Positions 24,615 to 33,086 of a stretch of DNA of 33,575 nucleotides are shown here, one piece after another. Made by a program: the position numbers and the translations under genes. The stretch is from contig CAILKS010000071.1 in NCBI GenBank assembly GCA_903834855.1, positions 1-33,575 on the forward strand, written 5' to 3'. The DNA is from an uncultured bacterium (lineage in GTDB: Bacteria > Patescibacteriota > Minisyncoccia > Phycocordibacterales > UBA5272). The notes under the pieces are model-generated. The model was given only the letters and a program-made list of their open reading frames with translations. It did not search any database and was not told the origin of the DNA. Numbering within the stretch: the stretch's first letter is position 1; each line of letters begins with the position of its first letter.

Positions 24615-24799
24615 TAGAAGAACAATTGACATGTGATGGTTAACAATTGACACCGCTTCGCGGACCTTTGACATTTGACCAGAAAATTCACAATGTCGAG
24701 TGTTTTGTATTTTATTACTTGTCAAGTGTTACCTGTCAATTGTTAATTGTTACTTGTCAAGTGTCACATGTCAAATGTCAAATGTCAATTGTTCTTCTA
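24615..24799. repeat. long imperfect palindrome E1 (TTGACA/TGTCAA array with a central GC hairpin)
   Basis: 18-bp terminal inverted repeat (24615-24632 with 24782-24799). There are six TTGACA on the minus strand and three on the plus strand. The hairpin CCGCTTCGCGG lies at 24653-24663. Confidence 0.7.
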
Positions 24800-24800
24800 C

Positions 24801-25736
24801 CTATCTTGGATTATACCAACTACCCGTAGAACCTTGATCAGCGATAAATATATAATATTTTCCACTTTGTAAATTTAAATCTTTCAAATTAATATTAACC
24901 GTAAATTTACCATTTGATGGACACGCAAAAGCTTTATTACTTTGTGCCGCCCCAGGATCTTTACGGTAATCAATTGTACTATCAAAAATTAAGAAGGCAT
25001 AATATTTGTCATTACAAGTACCAGATAAAGCAATTAACTTACCTAAAGTTGCATCATAATTAAATGATTTAAAAACTGTAGAGTCTTTTAGATTTTTTGT
25101 GTCGGACGAAGTTACTATTGTTTCTGTATTATTTACATCAGAAGCTGATAAATCCTTAATAGCAATATTTTCAATTGGCACGGGAGCTTGTACAACTGAA
25201 TCAATTTGGTTTTGATTCGTTGTCACAGGAGCGGTATATACGTATGTCTTCTGAGATAAAAACATTTTATAAAATCCAAAAATTGATAAGATTACGAGAA
25301 TTAACAAAATAGTCCAAATATAAAAGTGATTATCACTTTTTTCATCTTCAGATTCAGATATTGATGATGGCTCTTTTGTCGCTTTTAAAAACTCTTCGGC
25401 TTCTTCTAATTTTATTTTCTCCCTATTTAATTCGGTTTCTTTTCCATTTTCAAAACGATTAGAATCAAAATCTGGGTATTCAATTTCTTCATTTTTTGAA
25501 GTCTCTACAGATGAAGTCTCTTCTTCGGCATCTTTAACCATAGAAACATCTTCTTCTGTAGATACTTGAGAATTATTATTTTCTTCCACACTTTGTACTG
25601 GTAAAATTTCTGGTATTACAACTTCTTTAACTTCATTTTCCAAAACTTTTTTTACTTTTTTTGTTATAACTTTTTTAATAGCAGGTTTTTCTACTTTAGC
25701 TTTTTTGATATCTGTTTTTGTTTTTGTTATTTTCAT
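24801..25736 (-). CDS. membrane-anchored protein with a Lys/Glu-rich N-terminal half
   Basis: 311 aa with a central TM segment (FYIWTILLILVILSIFGFY) and a beta-rich C-terminal domain. Confidence 0.6.
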   Translation of the reverse strand: MKITKTKTDIKKAKVEKPAIKKVITKKVKKVLENEVKEVVIPEILPVQSVEENNNSQVSTEEDVSMVKDAEEETSSVETSKNEEIEYPDFDSNRFENGKETELNREKIKLEEAEEFLKATKEPSSISESEDEKSDNHFYIWTILLILVILSIFGFYKMFLSQKTYVYTAPVTTNQNQIDSVVQAPVPIENIAIKDLSASDVNNTETIVTSSDTKNLKDSTVFKSFNYDATLGKLIALSGTCNDKYYAFLIFDSTIDYRKDPGAAQSNKAFACPSNGKFTVNINLKDLNLQSGKYYIFIADQGSTGSWYNPR

Positions 25737-25742
25737 AAAATG

Positions 25743-27689
25743 TTAATTATCACTTTCGATATAAATTTTATTAATTCCTATAGCGGTTGTTGTAAGTGTT
25801 ATATTAGCTGTACCGTTAGACATTTGCACCTGTGGCCCCATAAAAATGGTATTACGAGGAAGAGTTGTTGAAGTACTGGAATCAACTAGTATATTTCCCG
25901 TTAATAAATCAACGAGTCTGTAATAAATAACCGTATCATTCGGTTTAGCATACATCGTAAAATCATAAGCATTTCCAGCTACAAGTGCAGGGACGGTGAA
26001 AACTGTTCTCGTTGTTGTCACATTATCACGAGTCATAAATGCCAGCTGAGTGATGGTATCTGTCGTAATATGTGATAACCCAGCACAATCAAGAGTGGTC
26101 GTATCAGCTGCAGTCACACCTGTTGTAAGTGAAGATAAACCAACAAAAAGACGCACAGTTGTAGCCGGTATTAAATCTATAGTAAATCTTGTTTGCATAA
26201 AGAACCCACCATTCCCAGGTGTACTTCCACGCCAGAAAGAAGGAATTGAAGCAGCTGTTGAAGAAGTTATTCCGAGAATTTGATTTGCAGTAGATCCAAC
26301 ATTTATAAATCTGGCACGTCTTAATTGAGTAGAAGTTCCTGCTGTTGGTACTACGTTTAAAAATGTACCAGTTCCAGCCGGCCAAACAGTTCCAAATCCA
26401 GCACCAGTACTAGTTAATGATGGCGTCCATAACTGAATTGTATTAAATCCTAAACTTGACTGAAAAGAAGTATCCACCCCTGATGGGGCTTTCCATTTTG
26501 GCATCATACGGCCAGCAACTGATTTTGAATAAATATGGAGGCTACCTGTGGCTGGAGATGCTGGTTCATTTGTAATTCCTTTTAAAGTTATTGCTGTATC
26601 GACTCCACCTAGAATTAAATCATTACCAGTTAAATCCCAAGCAAAATCTGCATCTCCAGCAAAAGCTCCAGCATTATTAAATTGAATTTGTGTTGTAGCA
26701 CCGCCCGGTGACCCACCACCTCCACCAGCAGGAGTTGCCCAAGCTAAACCAGAAACAGAGGTACTAGAAGCCACTAATGTTTGACCATCTGTACCAACTG
26801 GTAAGCGAATAGATGTTGTGCCTGTATCTGAGATAATATCACCCTTTGTCGTCGCTGGACTTAATACATCAAAAGCCGCGATAGCAGTTGTGGTACCTGT
26901 TCCACCTTGAGCGAGGGTTACAGATGCGGCATTTGTTAAAATAACAGCACTAGCGTCCGGTAATGTGAAAGTTTTTACAGCCGTAGTTGGTCCTGTTATA
27001 TCAAAAAATTGATTATTTAAAGAACTACCAACTACTTGATATAAATTATTATTACAAACAAAAGTTCTACCATTACCAGAGTTATACCAGAGTGCGCCAT
27101 TTGGACTACATGACCCAGCACCTATTGTATCGCTAACAGTTTTTACAGCAAGTTTTAATAATTTTTGACCAGAAACGACACCGGCTGGATCACCGATTTG
27201 AGCTTCACCACCATACAAATCATAAGCAGTACGAGCAAATCCTACAGAATCAACTTTTTGTCTTGGTGCCAATTCTTCCCAAACTACACCAGTACAAAGA
27301 CCTCCAACTTGGGTAGCCACGTTCACATTAAAATACTGAGTATTATTAGCTCCGAAATTCACTGTACTTACATCTCCAACCGATGCATTAAAAACTCCAT
27401 TAGCAACACTTAAAATAGTTGTTGTGGTTGCTGTGGTTGGCCATAATTTTGTACCACCGGACGGAGCATCAAAAATAGAAAAACTAAAACAATAATTTGT
27501 CCCTGCTCCACCTAATGCATTGCCACTCGTATCTGTTAATCTACCTTGATATGATAAATAATTTGAAACTCCAGCAACCGCATTTGCTTTTTCTAAATTT
27601 AAATTTTGAGTAACAAATACGATCAACAGAAAAACTGAAAGTGTTACAAAATTTATTTTTCGAAACTTTTTTATAAAATTAAAAAACAT
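25743..27689 (-). CDS. large secreted Gly/Thr-rich protein, tail-fibre or adhesin-like
   Basis: Signal peptide ending ANA-VAG, N-terminal LSYQGRLTDTSGNALGG...FSIFDAPSGGTKLW, and a poly-Gly stretch PAGGGGGSPGG. The length is 648 aa. Confidence 0.7.
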   Translation of the reverse strand: MFFNFIKKFRKINFVTLSVFLLIVFVTQNLNLEKANAVAGVSNYLSYQGRLTDTSGNALGGAGTNYCFSFSIFDAPSGGTKLWPTTATTTTILSVANGVFNASVGDVSTVNFGANNTQYFNVNVATQVGGLCTGVVWEELAPRQKVDSVGFARTAYDLYGGEAQIGDPAGVVSGQKLLKLAVKTVSDTIGAGSCSPNGALWYNSGNGRTFVCNNNLYQVVGSSLNNQFFDITGPTTAVKTFTLPDASAVILTNAASVTLAQGGTGTTTAIAAFDVLSPATTKGDIISDTGTTSIRLPVGTDGQTLVASSTSVSGLAWATPAGGGGGSPGGATTQIQFNNAGAFAGDADFAWDLTGNDLILGGVDTAITLKGITNEPASPATGSLHIYSKSVAGRMMPKWKAPSGVDTSFQSSLGFNTIQLWTPSLTSTGAGFGTVWPAGTGTFLNVVPTAGTSTQLRRARFINVGSTANQILGITSSTAASIPSFWRGSTPGNGGFFMQTRFTIDLIPATTVRLFVGLSSLTTGVTAADTTTLDCAGLSHITTDTITQLAFMTRDNVTTTRTVFTVPALVAGNAYDFTMYAKPNDTVIYYRLVDLLTGNILVDSSTSTTLPRNTIFMGPQVQMSNGTANITLTTTAIGINKIYIESDN

Positions 27690-27757
27690 GCAAATTACAT
27701 TAATTAATTATATCACTCTATAGTGGTGAATAATCTAATTACTGGGGACAAGATTGG

Positions 27758-27998
27758 AAAACATTTGACATGTGATGGTTAACAATTGACATGTGACATG
27801 TAACATTTGACGAAATGCAAAGAAAACAATTGACTAAAAACCTTTGACAAGTGACAGTTAACAATTGACACCGCTTCGCGGACCGTTGACATTTGACCAA
27901 AAAATTCATACTGTCGAATTTTTTGTATTTTGTTACTTGTCAATTGTTAATTGTTACTTGTCAATCGTCACATGTTAAAGGTCAAAGGTCAAATGTTC
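27758..27998. repeat. long imperfect palindrome E2, related to E1
   Basis: A ~90-nt core (27857-27950) is roughly 90 percent identical to E1 by eye. The hairpin CCGCTTCGCGG lies at 27871-27881. The outer arms are aacatttgac (27760-27769) and gtcaaatgtt (27988-27997). Confidence 0.65.
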
Positions 27999-28661
27999 TT
28001 ATTGTACTTGAAGTGAAGCCCCTGGTGTACCGAGATTAGTCGCACTACCATAAGTAGTATCAGGACAAGTTTTAACGCCAGAAGAACCAGAACTAGACCA
28101 ACTAGTTTGATTACAAACTTTGTTCTTCCATCTAAAAAAATACTCGTTAACAGTAACTGGTACACCCCCTGTCCAACTAACAGTTACTTTTACTTGTTGA
28201 GTACTTGGGTCATCATGTAAACTATTGTACGAAGTTTCTATTAAACGAGTAGATAAATCACGACTAACATTATTAACTATAAAATACCTTGTATAGATTG
28301 CATTATTGATTGATATTGTCTCTGTACCAGAAGATATAATCCATTTATTTGATGAGGTTGTAGCGTAATAGTTTTGACTAGCTTTTGTAAGAGTATAAAG
28401 ATTTTGCCATTTTTCTTCTGTTGCTCCACGGACACCTTCTAATGCTTCACTGGCAAGTGAAGTAGCTACATCACGCTCTCCAGAAATTTTTCCACTTCTT
28501 AAACTTAAAGAAATTGATTGTGCCCCTATAGCAAGGATAACTGCAAGAATAGAGATTACTATTAATAACTCTAGTAGCAGAGAACCCCGAACTTTTGAAC
28601 ATTTAACGTTGCTTCGCAAACATTTGACATTTGACAAATTACAAATAACTTTAGATTTCAT
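27999..28661 (-). CDS. minor type IV pilin / pseudopilin (PilV-like)
   Basis: KVRG-SLLLELLIVISILAVILAIG, with a cassette-encoded leader MKSKVICNLSNVKCLRSNVKCSKVRG. Confidence 0.75.
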   Translation of the reverse strand: MKSKVICNLSNVKCLRSNVKCSKVRGSLLLELLIVISILAVILAIGAQSISLSLRSGKISGERDVATSLASEALEGVRGATEEKWQNLYTLTKASQNYYATTSSNKWIISSGTETISINNAIYTRYFIVNNVSRDLSTRLIETSYNSLHDDPSTQQVKVTVSWTGGVPVTVNEYFFRWKNKVCNQTSWSSSGSSGVKTCPDTTYGSATNLGTPGASLQVQ

Positions 28662-28748
28662 AATTTTATTATACAGTGTATTTAGTATTTAGTACTTCGT
28701 CAATTGTCAATTGTCTTAATGGTCAATTGTTAGCGAAGCGATTCTATT
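28662..28748 (-). promoter_or_regulatory. pilus promoter/leader cassette, copy 3
   Basis: The -10 TATAAT is at 28668-28673, 6 nt from the ATG at 28661. Confidence 0.55.
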
Positions 28749-29267
28749 TTATTGATAATCAATTGTCCCAATTGCAGAAATAGAAATAGTTTTTGATAAA
28801 CTTTCTGTAACAAGAGTTGTAGTGGTAGCAGTTGTGTTTCCAGAAATTTTATTAAAAATAACATCTTTTGAAGCATTTGAAATAGGATCAGAAAAGGAAA
28901 TTCCTGTAGGTAGAGTTGTAGTTGAAATAATAACAGTTGCAACATTTGAATAAACGTCTGGCGTAGAAAAAATAAGATAATAATCATTTGTACTATTTAC
29001 AAAATGAACTCCCCATTTTAAATTATTCTTTCCTATCATTGCGTTTGATTGTGCTTGCTTTATTTCAGCTGCAAGAGTTCTTGTAACACTGTTAAGTTTT
29101 GTACTTGTTCCAAATGATCTATAAGAAGCGGCTCCAGCGACAGAAAGTATCGCAAGAATTGCGATTACAAGAAGAAGCTCAAGTAAGGTAAAACCCGAAA
29201 CTTTACATTTAACATTGCTTCGCAAACATTTGACATTTGACAAATTACAAATAACTTTAGATTTCAT
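28749..29267 (-). CDS. minor type IV pilin / pseudopilin (FimT/GspH-like)
   Basis: KVSG-FTLLELLLVIAILAILSVAG, with a cassette-encoded leader MKSKVICNLSNVKCLRSNVKCKVSG. Confidence 0.8.
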   Translation of the reverse strand: MKSKVICNLSNVKCLRSNVKCKVSGFTLLELLLVIAILAILSVAGAASYRSFGTSTKLNSVTRTLAAEIKQAQSNAMIGKNNLKWGVHFVNSTNDYYLIFSTPDVYSNVATVIISTTTLPTGISFSDPISNASKDVIFNKISGNTTATTTTLVTESLSKTISISAIGTIDYQ

Positions 29268-29344
29268 AATATGATACAGTGTATTTAGTATTTAGTACTT
29301 CGTCAATTGTCAAAAGTTAAAAGTCAATTGTTTACCTTTAGGTG
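29268..29344 (-). promoter_or_regulatory. pilus promoter/leader cassette, copy 4 (variant with a 4-nt deletion)
   Basis: The -10-like TATCAT is at 29271-29276, only 3 nt from the ATG at 29267. Confidence 0.45.
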
Positions 29345-30565
29345 CTACACGAAATGTCCAACTAATTGATAAATAGGAACTATAATAGCAAAGGCGATAG
29401 CACCAACCATTAATCCCATTAATAGCAATAATACTGGCTCAAGAAATGATGTTAATTGTTTTAGATTTGTGTCTACTTCTTCTTCATAAAAATCTGAGAA
29501 GGTTATCAAAATATCCTGCAGTGATCCGGTGCGTTCCCCAACACTAATAAGACTGATTAACATTTTGGGAAATAAATCCGGATACTTCCCAAATGCTTCT
29601 GACAAAGCAATTCCATTTTTAATTTCGACAACGGCTGATTCAATAGCGAAAGAATAACTTTGATTCCCAATAGACGCGGCTGATAATTCAAGAGATTCTA
29701 TAACACCTAATCCACTGCCAATTAAATTTCCAAAAATACGAGAAAATCGTACAATGGCTATCTTTTTAAGAAGAGCACTCGCAACTGGAGTGTGCGACAT
29801 AAGATAAAAGAAAAACTTTTTGCCTGTAGCTGTTCTATTAAAATAAACAAAGAAATAAATTATTGCCCCAAGCACTATAGCATCAGCTGTAAAACTCCAA
29901 GTCAAAATATTTGATATAAAAATAAAAATTTTTGTTAACAGAGGCAACTCAACACCGGATGAGGTAAACGCTTTTGTTAACTTTGGTAAAACAAACATCA
30001 AAAGTAAAGTAACCACACCAACAGATGCCACAAGCAAAATAATTGGATAAGTTAGTGCAGATTTAACTTTTGTTTTAAGTTCATACTCTTTAGATAAATA
30101 TCGTCCGAGTTCAGCTAGAGTTTTATCAAGCTGACCTGAAAGTTCTCCTGCTCGTAACATTCCGATAAAAATTGGTGGAAAGGAACTTGCATAAGCTTCA
30201 AAAGCATCCGAAAGATGTCGCCCATTTTTTATCATAGCCTGGGCTTCTTGTAAAACTTTTTTCATTATTTTCTTATCAGAATCTTGAATTAAGATATCAA
30301 TTGAGTCAACGATTGAGAGTCCAGCTTTTGTGGTTGTTGCTAAATTGCGTACTAAAAAGACTATATCGACAGGTTCAAGTTTAGAAAAAAGTTCAATAGA
30401 AAGAATTCCTTTACCCTCACCATCTCCATGAAGTTTTTTTACAGATACTGGTGTAAGATCATGTTTTGTAAGATGTTCTATGACTTTATCAGTATCCTCA
30501 CCTTCATATTCCCCTCTTTTTATAATTCCTTCACGATTATAAGCCTCATAAATAAATGTTGACAT
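29345..30565 (-). CDS. pilC: type IV pilus platform protein PilC / GspF family
   Basis: Two GspF-type repeats and hydrophobic segments (YPIILLVASVGVVTLLLMFVLP, LLLLMGLMVGAIAFAIIVPIY). The ATG at 30565 (MSTFIYEAYNREG) is preferred over the TTG at 30592. Confidence 0.9.
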   Translation of the reverse strand: MSTFIYEAYNREGIIKRGEYEGEDTDKVIEHLTKHDLTPVSVKKLHGDGEGKGILSIELFSKLEPVDIVFLVRNLATTTKAGLSIVDSIDILIQDSDKKIMKKVLQEAQAMIKNGRHLSDAFEAYASSFPPIFIGMLRAGELSGQLDKTLAELGRYLSKEYELKTKVKSALTYPIILLVASVGVVTLLLMFVLPKLTKAFTSSGVELPLLTKIFIFISNILTWSFTADAIVLGAIIYFFVYFNRTATGKKFFFYLMSHTPVASALLKKIAIVRFSRIFGNLIGSGLGVIESLELSAASIGNQSYSFAIESAVVEIKNGIALSEAFGKYPDLFPKMLISLISVGERTGSLQDILITFSDFYEEEVDTNLKQLTSFLEPVLLLLMGLMVGAIAFAIIVPIYQLVGHFV

Positions 30566-30572
30566 AGAGTTG

Positions 30573-30641
30573 TTACATTTGACAATTAACAATTGACATT
30601 TGACTTAGACCCGACATTTGAGATTTGACTTGAACTTTCAT
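30573..30641 (-). CDS. possible 22-codon upstream ORF in the pilC copy of the cassette
   Basis: TATAAT (30648-30653)-N6-ATG, then MKVQVKSQMSGLSQMSIVNCQM and a stop at 30573-30575, 7 nt before the pilC ATG. Confidence 0.25.
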   Translation of the reverse strand: MKVQVKSQMSGLSQMSIVNCQM

Positions 30642-30714
30642 ATTTTTATTATATCGCATTTTTTTGTTTTTGTTATACATTAATTGTCACATGTTGTCTG
30701 TCAATTGTTACTTT

Positions 30715-31101
30715 TTACTTGATTGGTGATTTTAATAAACTTTTACGAAATGCAGTGAGTTGGTTTGCTAGCATTTCAGCTTTGGTCAAACAATCCTCAT
30801 GCTCTGTTATTAAAAAATATTTACTGTCCAGTGCGATATCACAACATGCAACAACCTCATTAAGAGATGTATGTGCTATATTCAAAAAATGTGCAAAATC
30901 TTTGTCACTTCCTCTATCCGACCCTTCGGCAATATTCAAAATAATAGAATCAAGTGCGCGAAACATTTGTGCAGTTAATGAAAATTGCTCTGCCTGCGGA
31001 AACTTTTTCTTTATCAAGATTTTTATATTACAAACAAAAACACGTGCATCGTTGTATACCGGGAATTGCCTAAATCTAAATTTTTTGTTTTGCATTTGCA
31101 T
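30715..31101 (-). CDS. four-helix-bundle protein (23S rRNA intervening-sequence protein / Avd-like superfamily)
   Basis: The family pattern F.FRQFPVYNDARVF...FSLTAQMFRALDSIILNIAEGSDRGSDKDFAHFLNIAHTSLNEV is present. ATG starts lie at 31101 or 31095, and the ORF-track start at 31116 is TTG. Confidence 0.85.
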   Translation of the reverse strand: MQMQNKKFRFRQFPVYNDARVFVCNIKILIKKKFPQAEQFSLTAQMFRALDSIILNIAEGSDRGSDKDFAHFLNIAHTSLNEVVACCDIALDSKYFLITEHEDCLTKAEMLANQLTAFRKSLLKSPIK

Positions 31102-31150
31102 TTTGTATTCTGTCAATTGTCAAATGTTACATGTTAATTGTTTAGAATCA

Positions 31151-32860
31151 CTACTCATTAACAACTCTAAGTACTTCTTCAATAGTCGTGACACCTTTTT
31201 CAATTTTATTTAAACCATCTTCAAACATTGTTACCATACCTTCCTGTATAGCCTTTTTACGTAATAGAGATACATCTGATTCAGATAAAATAAGTTTCTT
31301 AATTTCTTCACTAACTCTAAATAATTCAAAAATACCAATTTGTCCTTGGAAGCCAGAATTATTACAAACTTTACAACCCGCACCTTTGTAAAGAGTCTTT
31401 GGTATCTTAGTTACTTTATCATTATGCTTTTTTAGTTGTGTCTTTATGAGGGCTGTTATTGCTGGTGTTGCTTTATAAGATTCTGTACATGAAGAACAAA
31501 TTTTACGAACAAGACGTTGAGCGACTATAAGATTAACAGTTGAGGAAAGCAAAAAAGCCTGAGCCCCCATATCAACAAGACGAGGAATAGCTGATGGTGC
31601 ATCATTTGTGTGAAGAGATGACAACACAAGATGTCCTGTTAATGCTGCTTGTACACTAATTTCTACTGTCTCATCATCACGAATTTCTCCAATCATAATA
31701 ATATCTGGATTTTGACGAAGTAAAGCACGCAAACCGTTTGCAAAAGTTACCCCCGCTTTTGCATTAACTTGTGTTTGATTAACACGCGGGAATTCATATT
31801 CAACTGGATCTTCAATTGTTGTAATATTTACAAGTGGTGTATTTAAGATATGAAGTACAGCATATAGTGTAGTTGTTTTACCATGACCTGTTGGGCCTGT
31901 AACCAAAATCATTCCATGGGGTTTTTTAATTTCTTCGTTTAAAATAGCTGTTCCACCTTCTGAAAGACCTAAGTCTTCTAATGTGAAAGGACGCGAAGAA
32001 TTTTTAAGAATACGCATTTCAACTTTTTCACCATTAAAAATAGGCATAATGTTCACACGGACATCAATATTTGTTCCATCATCCATTTCAAAGCGAAAAC
32101 GCCCGTCTTGAGGAATACGGTGTTCATCTATTTGAAGATTTCCAAGAATTTTTACACGAGCAACCAAAATTGGGGCAATTGTTTTTGGTAGACTAAGTAT
32201 TTCTGACATCGTCCCGTCAATACGAAATCGTACAAGTAGTTCATTTTCAAGTGGTTCAAAGTGAATATCCGATGTACCAAGTGTTACAGCTCGGTCTATA
32301 ATATTATCTAATATGGTAATGATTGGGACTGCGGTGGCTGTCTTTGAAAGATCTGTCTCCCCGGCAAGAGAGAGGGACTGTTCAATATTTTCAGAAATAA
32401 TTTCATTAAATTCCATTCCTATTTTTTTCTTATAATGTTTTAAAGCAAAACGAAGAGATGGAAAGGTTGTTAAATAAGGTTCTACCCACATACCAAACTT
32501 TGCTCGCACATATTCAATGGTGTCATAATCGAATGGATCCAACATTGCAAGTTTAATAATCCCCTTTTTTTCATCACGTTCGAAAATGGCTACGTTTTTT
32601 GACTTAGCATATATTTCTGGTAAAAGTTCAAGTGTTTCCTGATTAAATTCCTCTTTTTTTAGATTAACAATTTTACAATCATAATAAGGACTAAGGAGTT
32701 CCGCTAAATAATCTTCTGGTATTTTTCCACTACCTATCAATATATTTGTAATAGATACGTTTGATCTGCGAGCTTCCTCCTTAGAAGCAGAAAAATCTTC
32801 CTCGCTAACAAGTCCGGATTCAAGTAGTAATGATTTTAATTTTTCTTCGTTTATATGCAT
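31151..32860 (-). CDS. pilB: type IV pilus assembly ATPase PilB / GspE family
   Basis: Walker A GPTGHGKTTT, Asp box MIGEIRDDET, His box GHLVLSSLHTNDA, C-terminal tetracysteine CSSC...CKVC, and an N-terminal T2SSE_N-like domain. Confidence 0.93.
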   Translation of the reverse strand: MHINEEKLKSLLLESGLVSEEDFSASKEEARRSNVSITNILIGSGKIPEDYLAELLSPYYDCKIVNLKKEEFNQETLELLPEIYAKSKNVAIFERDEKKGIIKLAMLDPFDYDTIEYVRAKFGMWVEPYLTTFPSLRFALKHYKKKIGMEFNEIISENIEQSLSLAGETDLSKTATAVPIITILDNIIDRAVTLGTSDIHFEPLENELLVRFRIDGTMSEILSLPKTIAPILVARVKILGNLQIDEHRIPQDGRFRFEMDDGTNIDVRVNIMPIFNGEKVEMRILKNSSRPFTLEDLGLSEGGTAILNEEIKKPHGMILVTGPTGHGKTTTLYAVLHILNTPLVNITTIEDPVEYEFPRVNQTQVNAKAGVTFANGLRALLRQNPDIIMIGEIRDDETVEISVQAALTGHLVLSSLHTNDAPSAIPRLVDMGAQAFLLSSTVNLIVAQRLVRKICSSCTESYKATPAITALIKTQLKKHNDKVTKIPKTLYKGAGCKVCNNSGFQGQIGIFELFRVSEEIKKLILSESDVSLLRKKAIQEGMVTMFEDGLNKIEKGVTTIEEVLRVVNE

Positions 32861-33028
32861 AATGATTTAACATTTAACATTTGACTATATACAGGTACGT
32901 CAAATATTAAATGTTAATGGTTACATGTTTTACTTAGTATATCATCGCTAGATTTTAAATAGTGTGGACATGAAGAAGAACATTTGACAACTGACACCGC
33001 TTCGCGGACAGCTGACTAAGAAATAACT

Positions 33029-33060
33029 AACAAAAAACAAAAGCGCCTTACGGCGCTTTT
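33029..33060 (-). terminator. intrinsic terminator after the major pilin gene
   Basis: Hairpin AAAAGCGCC-GUAA-GGCGCUUUU followed by GUUUUUUG on the minus strand. Confidence 0.75.
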
Positions 33061-33086
33061 GTCTATAATAGCTAATTTAAAACTAA

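Noticed and set aside
24615-24799. CRISPR array, considered for the TTGACA/TGTCAA arrays and the other word repeats.
   Set aside because: The repeat period is only 7-9 nt with no unique spacers of 25-40 nt. The arms are inverted rather than direct, and no cas genes are present.
28730-28987. Alternative-frame minus-strand ORFs nested in larger genes (28730-28987, 26104-26385, 20720-20941, 16104-16400, 16455-16724, 4995-5306).
   Set aside because: Each overlaps a longer ORF that has clear family signatures or pilin motifs. Their translations are low-complexity.
30715-31101. A complete diversity-generating retroelement around the Avd-like four-helix-bundle gene.
   Set aside because: There is no reverse-transcriptase ORF in the window, and I could not see a ~100-nt template/variable repeat pair by eye. 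Only the superfamily relationship is reported.
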